Notes under the pieces: model-generated
Databases searched by the model: none
The model's input: the letters and a program-made list of their open reading frames with translations, nothing else
Told to the model about the DNA's origin: nothing
Program-made: the position numbers and the translations under genes
Assembly (NCBI RefSeq): GCF_018350175.1
Contig: NC_058368.1
Span: forward strand, 21,826,001 to 21,890,000
DNA: 64,000 nt
Direction of reading: 5' to 3'
Source: Felis catus
Taxonomy: Eukaryota
Shown here: positions 49,501-64,000 of the stretch, one piece after another
How positions within the stretch are numbered: position 1 is the stretch's first letter
How the letters are laid out: the number at the start of each line of letters is the position of its first letter

Positions 49501-50262
49501 ATTGAAGGACTACAGTACGGTTCTGCCTGTCCATTGCTGGAATTTTAGTTTGGCACTAGGCCATTGCAGGGTATGGTTGATACTACTCCTATGGCAGAGG
49601 ATAGTAGATAAAATCACATTAGAGCTATTCACGTGGGACGGGTTATGATACTGTAAATAGATTTGAGCCTGGGTCCCTGTATTCCAGCTTTGAACACATT
49701 AGAAAAATAAAGTGTAACTGTGTTCTATCCATTTCTTTAGGCTTTTGGCCCATCTATATTTATGTAATTTATTTTACAAAACCTTGAATGTTTGGTGAAA
49801 CAAAGAACAAAACTATAGAAATTACTGCAAATCATGGAAGTTTTTTGTTTTAAAAATGAAAGTATCTCATAGAAGCAATACTTGTATAAGATTATAGTCA
49901 GCTTCACAACCCTGGATATCTTTTTTTTTTTTTTTCCCTGCTAATACTATTGCCACTGGGTTGTTTGCTTTTAACCTGAGCGCATGGCTTCATTTGAATT
50001 ATTTCTTCATTTACAATGAGCTGTCAGATTCCCTATGTCCTAGAATTGCCTAAAGTTTCTGTGCAATGAAATGAAAGTGGGCTTTTGGATGATGAGGATA
50101 AAGAATTGCTTCCAGAAGCCGTAATTGCAAATTGTGTTTCAAGTAAAGTAACTTCCTGGCAGTTGGGAAATGACATATGTCTTCTCCAGTGAGTAACACA
50201 TTTGAACAAAAGTGATGAGACCAGAGGGTGGTCACTGTGTTAGCAAATTCTAAAACAGTCTG

Positions 50263-51520
50263 TTTTTATTTTTATTTATTTTTAAACGTTTATTTTTGAG
50301 AGAGAAGGAGAGCGTGAGAAGGAGGGAGGGAGGGAGAGAGAACACCAAACTGGCAGGGCAGAGCCCAGTGTGGGGCTCGATCTCACAAACGGTGAGATCA
50401 TGACCTGAGCCGAACTCAAGAGTTGGACCACCTGAGCCACCCTGGTGCCCCAACAGCAGTCTGTTTTTAAATAAAGGTAGGAGGATGACCTTGTCACCTG
50501 TTCATAGGCATCTTCATGAAGGACGCCATAAACTCTTTTGGAGAATGCCTCATTCTCAAAGCCCCTCTGTCTTTGTGGATTTTGTCAGGTGTTCAGGGCA
50601 TTCTCTTGCATTCTTGTAGTAAGATAATCTTGCAGAAAAGAGAAGTGGATGACAGCTGCCCTAGCAGCTGGGGCACTAAGAGCATCATGTGTCTGAGCAG
50701 ATCTCCAGAACTTTGTTTCTTTGCAGTACTTATACCACAGAATGGGTGCAGTAGTTAAAAGTATTTTTTTGTTTTTTTTATTTATTTGTTTTGAGAGAGA
50801 GTTCAGGGAAGGGTCAGAGAGAGGGAGAAAGAGAATCCGAAGCAGGCTCTGCACTGTGAGTGTAGAGCCCGACATGGGGCTTGATCCCATGAACTGTTAG
50901 ATCATGACCTGAGCTGAAATCAAGAGTCAGATGCTCAACCAACTGAGCCACTCAGGTGCCCCTAAAGTGTAATCTTTAAAAAAAATTTTTTTTAATGTTT
51001 ATTTATTTTTGAGAGAGAGAGAGAGAGTGGGGGAGGGGCAGAGAGTGAGGGAGACACAGAATCTGAAGCAGGCTCCACTCCAGGCTCTGAGCTAACAGCA
51101 CAGGGCCCGATGCGGCACTCGAACTCACAGACCATGAGATCAGGACCTGAGCCAAAGTCGACACTTAACCGACTGAGCCACCCAGATGCCCCCTAAGTGT
51201 AATCTTACTTATAAAATTTTGAGGCTGAGTCTGTCTTAGAGGCTCATCTGGACCTGGGAAATACATTTGGTGTCTAAGTCCGAGGTGTAGCATCTGCTCA
51301 GTCTCAAAAAGCCCATCAGAATAAGTATGGAAGTGGGGCCGCCTGGGTAGCCCCCTCTGTTGAGTGTCCGACTCTTGATTTCGGTTCAGGTCATGATCCC
51401 AGGGTCGTGGGATTGAGCTCCGTGCTGAGTGTGGAGCCTGCTTAAGATTCTTTCTTTCCTCCTCTGCCCTTCTCCCCCGCTTGTGCGCACACTCACTCTC
51501 TCTTAAATGAACAAAAAAAT
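50263..51520. mobile_element. Can-SINE cluster (50263-50451, 50763-50963, 50975-51193 minus; 51335-51520 plus)
   Basis: SINE heads and tails. Confidence 0.9.
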
Positions 51521-53869
51521 AAGTATGGAAGAAATTGATGAGAGTAACATTTGGGTCTTCTGTAACTTGAAAGGTCTTTTTGAATTTCTTTTGCTGTAGT
51601 ATAGATGTGTGACATGACAAGTTGTGAAGTTGCACCCCAGAAGTTTACCTAAAACTTTAGAGCTTATCTTTGGAAGGCTTACTAGCATTGTAATATAATA
51701 CTCAAAAACAGAGAAAGATGGTTACACACTTAAGTCTTTTGTGCTCAGACAAGAACTTCCATTGGTAAAAAAGGAAGAAAGCTATAAAAAACCCTCATTC
51801 CTGCAGGAAACTGGGTAATCTTCACTGAGGAAATGCTTACATTTTATCATCTGCTAGAACACTAAGAATTTGATTTCTGGGATTTCATGTAGCAGTTTTC
51901 TGGGATATATAATTTTCATATAGTTGTAACCTTTGTGCACATATTTTTTTTCCATATGTACATTAACGTGTATCACATAGACTATAGATTTGTATGTTGT
52001 ATTCCGTTGTTTGCTTACTCTACCTGTATTTGTATTCTAGGCTTCTACTTCCTAGGATTGGACTTTCTATTAGACCATAATCTCCTCAAAGGCAGGGACG
52101 TAAACGTATTGCTCTTGATGATTTCCCCCAGCCTTCTTGGTGTGTAGGGTCATTGTCAGAAGAAGTAATATATGCTATTACTTTGTTCACGTTGTCATAC
52201 AGTAGTGCTTATTTTGTAAAGCATCTTAGACTTTATCAATGGCTCATTACCTATAAATAAATTCCTATTATAAGGCAGCTTAGCAATTTAAACTGATAAC
52301 AAATAACTGATAACAAATAAACCCATCGAGTTTATGAAAACAGAAAAACCCTATTAGAGATCTTCAGTGAACATGTCAGTGCTTTAATTGAAATAAATAT
52401 TTTTTGCAGTTAAATATTTTTTCATATTTGACATAGCTGTTTCAAATAGTCTACACTAGGCTATATCTTGTAAAGAACGCAGAGCCCATTTTTAAACAGA
52501 TTGATTCGCCATTCAGTCTTTCATGTTTACTGTGAGAAAATGCGCTTCCACGATAAAAAATCATACAGGCTCGCTCCCTGCCCTAAGAATGACACCAGAA
52601 GAAGAGAGAGAATCTTGGTGCCAACCAGTTCTGCAGGGTTGTTCACACTGTTCAGACCTCTTTTCCTCAGCAAGCTTGTAGGTCAGCAGAAGACAGGTTC
52701 TGAGGTGTGCAGTCCCGTTGGTTGTGTCCATCTCCTTTGTGCCAGCTACCTCTAGTTGGAACGAGGGTTGAGATCTGTGTGCAAGCCACAGGCTTGTAAG
52801 TCATAACTCTTAATTTCTAGTGTTGTTTAATATTGAGAGCATTATGTTATCAAAAACAAAGTTTTCCTGTACTGTTTTCTCCATTTCCTGTTTTTTTGAA
52901 TTCTGTAAATGTATTCAAATATATTTTTGCTATATCAGTAAAGCAAAAACATTCCCCACCTTCCTTTAGCACTAGGGGAATGGAAAATAAATATGCTCTT
53001 AGAGGGATCAAAAGATTGGTCGCTACATTACTCCTTTAGTCTTCCAGTTCTAAATGTAGATTTCTAAAATTGGAAGGTCTGTGTTTGTCCTCTTGACTAA
53101 ATTTGCTTTCAGAGTGTAAAATAAAATAACCTTTTCTTCTCCATGCTCTAGCTCTCTGAGGGACAGTGCTGGTTGCTAGGAAAAGCCATTCCAGGGAATG
53201 GGAATTGGATCTACACTACCAGTGGAAGCAGAAAAAGTCTATGGGAATATAGGATATACTTTCAAGTGTCAAAGAAAATAGGGAGATCCAAGCGGGTTGG
53301 CATGTTACCTCTCAGAACGTTACAACTCTTTTCCATCCTCTGCTTGCATTTCTCATTTCTGTTCTTCTACTCTTGCTTTATCTCCATAAAACAACAACAA
53401 AAAAATTACTGATTCATCTATTAATGCACAGTGAGTGATAACTGAGGCTGAACATATCAATGCTTTTTACAAGAAAGTACTTCCTAAATAATGGGCAGAA
53501 AAAATGTTGCAAAAAGAAAGAAAGATTATTTTATTGAAGTTCTTCAGAGGTTATTAATATAATTGACTAATTACAACTCATTTTTATGATTAATAGTCAA
53601 GTCATGGGAGGACTGGTCATCATAACAATTAGTTGGTTTAGTTTGAATTCCTGTATATGCTGGAAAGTCCTAAGAAGGCTATATATCTTTTAGAAATGTT
53701 CACTCAGGATTTCTCTAATCTGAACTTGCCTTACCAAGACAGATTTAATGAATCGTGATTGTACTTTTCCAAAAATAGTTTTTAGGACTGAACCACTTTT
53801 ATATTTAATTAAAAAAACTGTATCTTTGAGTTTATTGTGGGTTTGTTGTAAACCCAGGGGATCATAATT

Positions 53870-54490
53870 TGATTTTTTAAAAATGTGGTAAAATATACAT
53901 AAAATTTCTTATTTTAACCATTTCTAAGTATACACTTTAGTGACAAATATATTCATATTATTGTGCAGCTGTTACCACTGTCTCCATAGAACTTTTTCAT
54001 CATCCCAAACCAATACTCTGTATCCATTGAACAGTAACTCCCCATTATCTTCTCCCCCTGGGTCCCTGGCAGCTATGACTGTCCTTTCTGCCTCTAATGA
54101 ATTTGATGAGGCTAGGTACCTCGTGTAAGTGGAATCGTACAATTGTGTTCTCTTGTGTCTGGCTTGTTTCACTTAGCATGATGTCTTCAGTGTTCATCCC
54201 TGTGATAGCATGTATCAGTCATTTCTTTTTAAGGCTAAATAATATTCCATTGTATGTAGGTACCCACATTTTGTTTATCCGGGCATCTGTTGGTGGATAT
54301 TTGGCTTTTCACCTTTTGGCTATTGTGAGTAATGTTGCTCTGAACAGCTATATGTTCCAGGGCCCTGCTTTCAGTTCTTTTGTGTGTATACTAGAAGTGG
54401 AATTGCTAGGCCACATGGTAATTCTGTCTAATTTTTGAGGAACTGACATAATGTTTTCTACATTGGCTGTAGCATTTTACATTCCCACTT
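53870..54490 (-). mobile_element. L1MA/L1MB-type 3' fragment
   Basis: Antisense L1 3' end (tgtggtaaaatatacataa...ttttgaggaactg...cattcccac). Confidence 0.85.
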
Positions 54491-55359
54491 TCTACATGTA
54501 ATTTTATGTTAATAATTCATTTTACAGATTTGCCTGAATACTCTGCCATCCTAGGTTGTAAACTTAAGGCAAGAATACTTATTTAAACTTTTAAAGGGGT
54601 AAATATAATTCAAATTTAGTTATTTTAATTATAAAATTATAGTTATAATTAGCATTACAATTATAAATGGTTTTTTTTTTGGTCACTAAATGTTATAGAA
54701 ATTTGAAATATATTTGAACAAATATACAAAGAAAATGTCACCTCTAATCTCTCTAGAGAAATACATTTGGTGTGTATATATCCTTCTACCTGTATGTATT
54801 ACACTTTAAAAAATTGTAATCATATAGTACATATTGTTTTCTAACATAGCTAAGCTGTACAAGGTACACTTGTTTTTTTGCAGGGTGTTGTGTTTGTTTT
54901 GTGTTTAACATGGGAATAAGCTCATAGTTTAGCTTTTTGTTAACATATCCCTTGGGATGCTTCATTTAAGGAATGCCTAGTACTATGGAAGGAAGGGCAT
55001 TGGGTTGCCTTTCTTAAGACACTTATATCACTGTTGAATACTTACCAAAGTATGTGCCTATCCAGGGTGGCCTAGGTTGATCAGGCCTTTTGAAGATTCT
55101 TCCCTGTTAGTAGTACCTCCTTAGTATATTAATAGAATAACTGCACATATTACTGTTTGAAACATTTAAATTATTTTGCAACCTCCGGGGTGATGATTTA
55201 AATGAAATGTAATTGAACTATATTTATATTCCTTTAAAGTGAAATCCATACAATTAGAACCAATATGTTAATACTACTTCACGTTTAGGCAAATTTAGTA
55301 GATGTTATAAGACATCAGAGCTGTCATAATACTACCCTCCTTGTGACAGATCCTTATAT

Positions 55360-56760
55360 TTGTTTTCTTTTTTTAATGTTTATTTTTGAGAGAGAGAGAG
55401 AGAGAGAGAGGAGAAAGAGCATGCGTGGGGAGGGGTAGAGAGAAAGGGAGACAGAAGATCTAAAACGGGCTCTGCACTGAAAGCAGAGAGCCTGACCTGA
55501 ACCTACAAATCTCGAGATCATGAACTGAGCCAAAGTCAGACACTTAACCAACTGAGCCACCCAGGTGCCCCAGATCCTTATATTTCTGAGTCGTTGATAG
55601 CCACAGGGTTCATACGTCTGATATAGTTTTCATAACAGATTAAATGTTAATTAATTTCTAGTGATTCCACCTGCTTTAGCTTTTTGGATTAATATATTAA
55701 TACACACTGTAATTTTGTGGTAGAGGGTCAAACATATGAAGTTGATAGAATGATCCTTAGTATGATTTTCTTAATATTAGCAAAGGTGCCACTATCCCCA
55801 GGAAAATAGAGAAATTAAACCTCTCACCACAGTAATCTAATTGGAATGATAATGATGGTAATTTTGAGTCAATTAGAAAATGTTGGTGGTATTTGCATTC
55901 ACATTAAACTGCCTTAGTAAAAGATATACCACGTGCCCAAGTTCAGGACTAATCTGTACAGCACATAGCACATCCTGAGTTTTCATACCTCCATAAAACC
56001 TCTTGGAGAATCTTGTCTGAATTCTGAGGATACCCTGTTCATGTTATCAGCTGCACAGATTGAGCACTAATGAAGACGTGCTTTGTCCCTTAGCAGTCTG
56101 TAGCCCAAGGAGGCACCTTGTGCTCATCCACTCTTGTGAACTCCTTGAGGACAGAGGAGCATTTGGTCTCCAGGGCCTGCCTCCTAGTGGTTTTGGAAGA
56201 AGAAAGGAATGAGTGACATTCACAAGGTTTAACCAGGCAAATCTAGATAGATGCATATTGGTGACACATTTTTGAGGGGAGGGATGGGGGGAGTACTTTT
56301 TGTATTTGAAGCATTTTAAAAAGCAGATGCTGGTATACATTATTAGACAAAATAAAGTCAGAAGGAAGTAATGTTGAAGAAGTTGAGACACTGGAGGGGC
56401 AGAACTGATGTTCTCTGATGTAAGAAGTATCAGAGAGGTGGGGGTTGAGTCCTGACTATGTCACTTACTGCTCTGTGACCTTGGGAAGTCATTTCACCTC
56501 CAAGCCTCATTCCTCATCTGCTAGGAATGGATTCTGACCTTTCTTCCTTCCAAGACTACTGTGGAGACTAAATGAAACAGTGTATGGGGTGCCTGCCTGG
56601 GTGGCTCAGTCAGTTAAACGTCCGACTTTGGCCCAAGTCATGATCTCACAGTTTGTGAGTTCGAGCCCCGTATCAGGCTCTGTGCTGACAGCTTGGAACC
56701 TGGAACCTGCTTTGGATTCTATGTCCTTGTCTCTCTCTGCCCCTCTCCTGCTTGTTCTCC

Positions 56761-56804
<44 letters not shown>

Positions 56805-59229
56805 AAAATAAACATAAAATTTTTTTTAAGGAAGTAGTGTGTGTGAAGCTGCCTAGCATAGTGTCTCTGCAGTTCTTGGTCACTGTTCGTTTCTTCCTTC
56901 CTGGTCTTTATTTACTTCACTGGATTGTGTTGCTAGGAGTACTTACTTGCTTGGGCAGCATTACTGCACATGTTCTCATGCGTTCAGAAATCCCCTGTAG
57001 CTTGCTCACTACATCTTGAACATCACATTATTGAATTTTATGGGACAGATTTTTGAGAAACCCAGGCTCAGAAAGGTAGGTGGCATGTCACACTGATTGA
57101 TTAAAAGCCAACCTGGGAATAAAACAAATGCCTCAGGATTCTCAGTGCTTTCCACCATGCCAAGGCTATCGGTGCTGCTTTCTGCTTTCGTGATGGGTGT
57201 GGACGTGTATAAGACCTGGTTTTATATTAACTTCTAAATTACAAGTCTTTGGGAAGATATCTTGTAAAGTAAAGCCTCAAGTAATTTAGCAGTGGGTAAA
57301 CTCCGTTCATATAATAAGCCATCATTATGAAAGGTGACTTTTGAGTAGATTACCATACCCTTGGGGCACAGTTGCCTGTGACTGATTAATGACTTCAGAA
57401 TAATTGTACGGTTGTCAGGAAATTACAGAAGGTTTTTTTTTTTTTTAATGTTTATTTTTGAGAAGGAGAGACACAGAGCACAAGTGGAGGGCAGAGAGAG
57501 GGAGACAGAATCTGAAGCAGGCTCTGAGCTGTCAGCACAGAACCCAGTGTGGGGCTTGAATCCATGAACTGCGAGATCATGACCTGAGCTGAAGTCAGAC
57601 GCTTAACCGACTGAGCTACCCAGACACCCCAGGAAATTGTAGAAGTTTGAATGGTACTGTCCTTTCGTGTTGTAATTTTAAATGTGGTGAATCACATTTT
57701 TTGGCAAATTTAATTCCCTCTCCCCTTTTCTCTATTTAAAATTCTATATTACATACAATATTAAATTTTGAGGACTAGCTAGGAAATTTCATATTCTAGG
57801 ATTTTCATACTCTAGGAAAATTAAAGTTCTGGATTTTTGGGGGGCATTTATCCATCTGCTTATAGACATTTGCACTGTTACATTTCTGGTGACTCCTTTC
57901 CCTGTCTGCTTTGTAAGAGGCACAAGGCAGGCCATTTGGGCATGGCAGGGCATTTAAAACCATCATCCCCAGGGCGCCTGGGTGGCCAGGTTGAGCATCC
58001 AACATCACTTAGGTCCATGATCTTGTGGGGTTGGGGGTGGGGAGGGGTTCGTAAGTTTGAGCCCCGCATAGTGCTTGCTGCTCTCAGCCTGATCAGGGCA
58101 GAGCTTGCTTCGGATCCTCTGTCCCCTTCTCTCGCAGCCCTTCCCTGGCTTGTGCTCATTCTCTGTCTCTCTCTCTCTCAAAACAAAACAAAACAAAAAA
58201 ACGATCCTCTTGCCATACAAAGAACACAAAAATCAAGAACAAAGCAAAGAACAATAGTCCAGTAGAAAAAAATAGGGACTTTATGTAAAAGGATGACGCA
58301 TGGGCTCTGAACCATGAGGTGAACAGTTCATGTGCAAATTCCTGTATTGGCTTCAGGCCCTGACTCAGCTACTTCCTGGGTTGGGCAAAATCTTAAAATC
58401 TCTTTGCTTCCATTTCCTTGTCTGTAAAGTGAGGATTATACGAATTAATAGATGTAAAATATTAAGAACAGTACTTGGCGTGTAGTGCTCAAGAAATGTC
58501 AGTTATTATTATTGCTGTTATTGTGATTATTTTTTTTAAATGATGCCCAACCTCACTCATCATAAGAGAGAATCAAGTTTAAAGAAAACTTAGACACCAT
58601 GATAATATGCTGTGTGGTAAGGATGTGGGTAATCAGGTGCTGCCGTACATTGTGGGTTATTTCAGTAGAGGACAATTTGAAATAGCTGTTAAAGGTAAAA
58701 TAGCAATTAGATATTGACCCAGCAGTTCCGTTTTTAGGAGTTTTTCTTATAGATGTGTGTATTAAAAAAAAAGACATGTATTAAAAAATAGTATGTGTAG
58801 ACAATAATTGCAGTATTGTTTATGTTAGGAAAAGACTAGCAGTGACTTAGTCTCTTAGTAGAAGCAGGTAAATTGTTAACTTGATATAATGGAATATTAT
58901 ATAGTACCATTGAAAAAAAATAAAATGTCTACATATGCTCGTATCGAATGGTTTCCAAGATGTACTGTTAAGAAGGGAAAAAAAAGACTTCTACACATAC
59001 ATACATATAATGATTTGTAAGCATACACTATCCCTGGAAGGAATTAGAAACAACTGTTAACAGTAGGGCCTAACTCTTAGGGCCTTTGAGGAGGGGGTCA
59101 GAGAGGGATGATAGGGAAACTTACTTTCCTTTACCTCTTGGTACCAGTTGAAACACATTTTTTCAACATGCTTATTAGTTTTTGTAAAAAAAAAATTATT
59201 TATTTTGAGAGAGAGAGCTGGGGAGGGGC

Positions 59230-59268
<39 letters not shown>

Positions 59269-59394
59269 CCCAAGCACGCTCCCAGCTATCAGTGTGGAGC
59301 CCAACACGGGGCTTGAACCCATGAACCATGAGATCATGATTCTAGCCAAAATCAAGAATCAGACGCTCAACCAACTGAGTCACCAAGGCACCCC
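55360..59394. mobile_element. Can-SINEs (55360-55571 minus, 56586-56830 plus, 57433-57630 minus, 57972-58200 plus, 59185-59394 minus) with MIR (~56400-56880, ~58330-58520) and L1ME (~58530-59110) fragments
   Basis: SINE, MIR and L1 diagnostic motifs separated by unique intronic sequence. Confidence 0.8.
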
Positions 59395-60917
59395 TATGTA
59401 TTTGTTTTTTGCCCTTCCCCAAATCTTTTACCTGTTCCCACCAGCATGTGCATGCTCACACACATGCGCACAAACACACACTTTTCAGAACATTCAAATG
59501 TTCCAGGAGTCTGGCTCTGTAATGGTGGGGTTTGGCCTGTCCTGATCGTGTTTAATGCTTATTGAATATGTGTGTGTGACTCTTGGGGGCTTAGCAGTTA
59601 TCTGGTCCTTGTCGTCCAAGTTGGTGCTGATGTGAAAAATCTCCCTGGATGGTGGAAACTGAGGCCTTGGCTAAGTATACCTAAGCCCCATAGGCTCTGT
59701 CTCTAGGTGCTATCAGAGGTGCTAGAGCCTGGAACGCCTTGGTCTTGAGCGTGGTTCTCTTGGCTATTTTTAGAGGTCTGAGAAGAGAGTGAATAGGAAG
59801 GAACTTCAAGAGTTCTGTACCTCATTAGGAAACCCTGGTTGTATTTATAAACTGTTTGGTTCTATTTCAGTTTCCAGAGGTGAGAGCCAGAATGGAAACT
59901 CACTTGGCATGGTAGGGTTTTGTGATTGTGCCCCTCCCTGGAATTTCTAGAAGTACTTTTTAACCCTAGAAGAAATTGGGGCCATGACCAGGATTCTTTG
60001 TGTAAAACTCCTTAAACAGGTCAAGTTTAGAATTTTATGGAAACATATATAATACATGTCTACTTTTTATAGGATACTATTTAAGCTAATTGCTACTTGC
60101 ATGAAGGCTATAGTCATTAGTTCGAACACCAAGATTAGAGTGAATTGTCTTCCCTTGTTCATATAATAACTTTTTTCAATGTGAAATACAATCTGTAATT
60201 ATGTAGAAAATGTAATCATAGAAATTAGGATCAGAATATAATACTTATGTTTCATTCAGTATAATACTTAATACTTATGTTAATATTTTTGCCACTCTGG
60301 ACTTAGTGAGGGATGTCCCATTCCCATCATTAAACAGTGGCTTTGTGTGGCAGTGATTTTCTACAAGAGATGGGGGTCTTTGAGTGTAATCTGGCAGTGG
60401 TGGTGGGAGAGTGGGGAGGTAGAGGTAACGATTCTGATTTGTAGAACATTCACGGGTGCACACACACACACTTTCCCTCTCCCTCTCTCTCAGGCAAGAA
60501 TTCACCGTCTTAGACAAACTAGTATTGTAACCTTTATCTCAATATTCTAAGGAAAAAAATCCTGATGAGAGACCCTGGTTCTATCCAGTTAGTATGGTTT
60601 CTCTCCATTACCTGCTGTCTGGTTGCAAATAAGCGTGTATGTAACAGATAAACACCGACTTTAAGTGGGCAAGACAAACAACTGGTTCTAGCAAGTTGTA
60701 CCTGTCATTGCAGGGAAGGGCCCAGGTTTGACCGTGGAGGAAGGATTGGACAGGTTGCCGGGGAAAGTGAGTGATCCATTCAACCAGAGGTAACCGTTTC
60801 TTTTGGAATTAGCTCTTACTTCCTTTTATTAACAGTGTCTTTTTTTTAAGTTAGCATAGTGGTTGATTTTCCCTTGGTATTCTTTTTGTCGTAGCAGAGA
60901 TGTCAGCTTATTTATAG

Positions 60918-61103
<186 letters not shown>

Positions 61104-61656
61104 TGAGCTTTAAAATGTGCAGTTTGAAGACCAAGAAAAGGTTGTGGCCAGTTGATCTTTCCAAAATGCAAGCTTACTCATATCAGTCTCTGTTTTGAAA
61201 TATTTTCAGTGGAAGATCCATAGACACATTCGTTTCACTTTCCCTGGTATGTTTTTCGGTTCTTTATTCCCTTAGCCCTTACCTTTCCCACCAGTCTTTC
61301 TCCTACCAGTATCCTAGATGTATCCAGCAAGGCCCCCCTCCTTGTCTTCTGAAAAGGTTGTGGATAAAAGAACCTGAAATTCTAGAAGACCGTGTCTTTG
61401 ATATAATTTCTCTCTTCTTGCAGTTTCTTGATTTGATACCCCTCAACCCTATACTAGTCTGAATTTCATAGTACAGCCAAACATTCTGCAACTGAAGTAA
61501 TGTCAGCACAGGTTGAGTTTTTCTTCATCTGATCAGTCTCTTCCTACCTACTGAGCTGTCACACTGAACTTGAGTGTGTCTTATTTTCAGGGTGGAGAGG
61601 GGAGCCTTTGTGTAACTTTAGTCCGAGTGATTCAGACAAAACTGTTTGTTTTCTAG

Positions 61657-61866
<210 letters not shown>

Positions 61867-62939
61867 TAAGGGGAGATGGGGCCGTATGAAATAATCTTGA
61901 ATGGTTTATTTCTTAATTTCTGAGAACTGTACCAAACTGGTAAAAGTTAAACATTTCAGTCTAACTCTGGAACAGAGTACGGCTTGCAAATCAGGCAAAC
62001 GTTAGAATACTTACGTAAAATTGTGGAAGATTAGATACAGCAAATGAAGTGGGCCTTCAGCCTAGTTTTTCACTGGTTTTATATTAGCAAGGGCAACTTT
62101 CAGGTTTTACTTGGTACATTTTTATAAAAACAACATAATGCTGATTTCCCTTTCAGGGTGTAGTTTCTGAATCTCAAATTTAAGAAATCTTAGTTTATTC
62201 CCTGACATTCATGTGTGTGCCATATGGAAAGAATGGAGGATAGATTCTTTTCCTTTTAATCTCTGCTTCCCCAAGATTAAGACTATACATTTCTTCTTTG
62301 GTAATTTATCCCCACTGTGGGCAACCAAAACTCTCTGAAAATAGGTTATTGTATATAACCTACATCTTCCCTTTGAATTTTAAGCACATTAACTCTTGTG
62401 GTCTCTCTGGCAGAGGCCCTCTGCTTTTTGTGGGGAAGTTTTCTGTTTGTTTCTCTGCCGGTCTCCAGACTGAGGAATCACAGCTTCCTCGGGTGTTGCC
62501 AGAGGTCTTAGTATTGAGCTTTTTAATTACCTCTAACTCCTATCTGAATGCACTCCAAGTTGTCTGGATCTGTCTCAAGCTGTGAGATCCAGATCTGAGA
62601 GTGATTGTCTAGTGAGAATATAACTGGTATTGAGCATAATGAGGTGATGATCTCACTTCCGTGTTGTGTAACCATGCTTTCTGGCATCACACTGGCTCTT
62701 TGAAGCGGTTACTACTTTGCTGACTGGTTCTGCTTGTCATCTGTTATGACCTAATGATTTGATTTTTTTCCTAACAGATAATCAATCTTAACTAGTCATT
62801 GATTTCTGACTGTAAAAAACTGGGGCAGTTTTTTAGAGCAAACACACTAAAACATATGCATTTAAATTCTTGGTTTTCTACAAAGTGGTGACCTTAGGAA
62901 ATTACAACTCTTGGAATTATTTTCAGAGTCAGAGCATAT

Positions 62940-64000
62940 ATACAGAGTTAACCATCTTGAGTGTTACAATAAAGATAAGTATAAATAAACATAAAACATA
63001 AAAATATAAATATAATAACTGATTTTCTGTGGGAATACTTTTTTGTTAGTTTTGATATGCCACTTATATATTTTAAACATGCCCTACATTCAGATATATA
63101 TATAGTACATATATTGTGCATGTTATATAGTCAAATAGTTTTAATTTGACTATATAGTCAAATAGTTTTAAAACAAATGAACGCTTTAAACCATCAAATA
63201 TTTTATGGCTTTTAGTAAAACGCAGAAGGACCTCTGCCTCACCCCTCTTCAGCGTAGAAGCTGTTCTTCAGAAGGAACCACTTTTAACTCCTTCAGATGT
63301 TTAATCTTGTATTTTTAACATGCTTACAACTGTTCTTTCTGAATTTTCAATTTTAGATATTATCCTTCCACTTTTTATAATGGCAGATAGCAGTTAGCTT
63401 TATTTCCCCTTCCTTCCTTCCCCTGATCCTTTCAATATAGTGATATCACCATTTTAGTTAAATCGATATTTACATTAGTAGGACTCTGTAAGTGTGGTTT
63501 ATAGCTGAGCCATCGCCTTTCTGTACCACTGTTTGTTTTCCTGAGGTTCATTCACCCATTTTTCTAAAGGTCTGTCATTATGCGCAAATTGGTCTATACA
63601 GCAGTGTTGTGTCTCAGCACATCTGAGCTCATCTAGATATCTCTGGAGCCCTCCGTCCCCGTGTTCCAGCCTGCCACACGGCTGTCAGCCTAGAACTTCA
63701 CTCACCATCATCGTGGAGGTCCCTTCACCTTTGTCCTTTCTGGATGCCCTATTTCTTGTGTCCTGTGTCTTCCTCCTGGGATCATACCTTTATTTGAGTG
63801 AAACACTTTCTCTAGTAGCTTCCCAAGGAAGAGGGTGTGAGAGAAATCTTTGAGATGCTCTTAAAATGTCTTTATTTTACTCACGCAGATTGCCCATTGG
63901 TTTGGCTGGGCTTAAAATTCCTGATTGAAAATCCTATTTCCTCAGAATTTTGAGGTTATTGTGCCTCTTGAGTTTCCGGTTTCTTTTGAGATTCCGATGC
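62940..64000 (-). mobile_element. Old L1ME-like fragment in an RCBTB1 intron
   Basis: T-rich text resembling the L1ME at ~1900-2170 (aaaatgtctttatttt; tttcctcagaattttgagg). Confidence 0.6.

Overview
64 kb of felid (cat-like; dense SINEC_Fc-type Can-SINEs) genomic DNA from the ARL11-RCBTB1 locus. ARL11 is complete on the minus strand (non-coding exon 1 ending at 20165, single coding exon, CDS 19335-18787, 182 aa). RCBTB1 starts at a CpG island (~43.0-44.0 kb) on the plus strand, and its first two coding exons are at 60939-61064 and 61657-61807. The rest is mostly retroelement debris: Can-SINEs, L1, L2, MIR, MaLR, MER34/MER31 LTRs and an ERVL provirus remnant. The main discovery lies between the two divergent promoters at ~27990-29960. 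It is a decayed, nearly full-length bornavirus-like glycoprotein gene (EBLG-type endogenous viral element), visible only after excising an L1 and a SINE that later inserted into it. Weaker hints of matrix-like sequence downstream and phosphoprotein-like sequence upstream would imply the Carbovirus/Cultervirus P-G-M gene order. All viral comparisons were made by eye against my recollection of BoDV-1 proteins and need computational confirmation. Repeat family names are by-eye calls.
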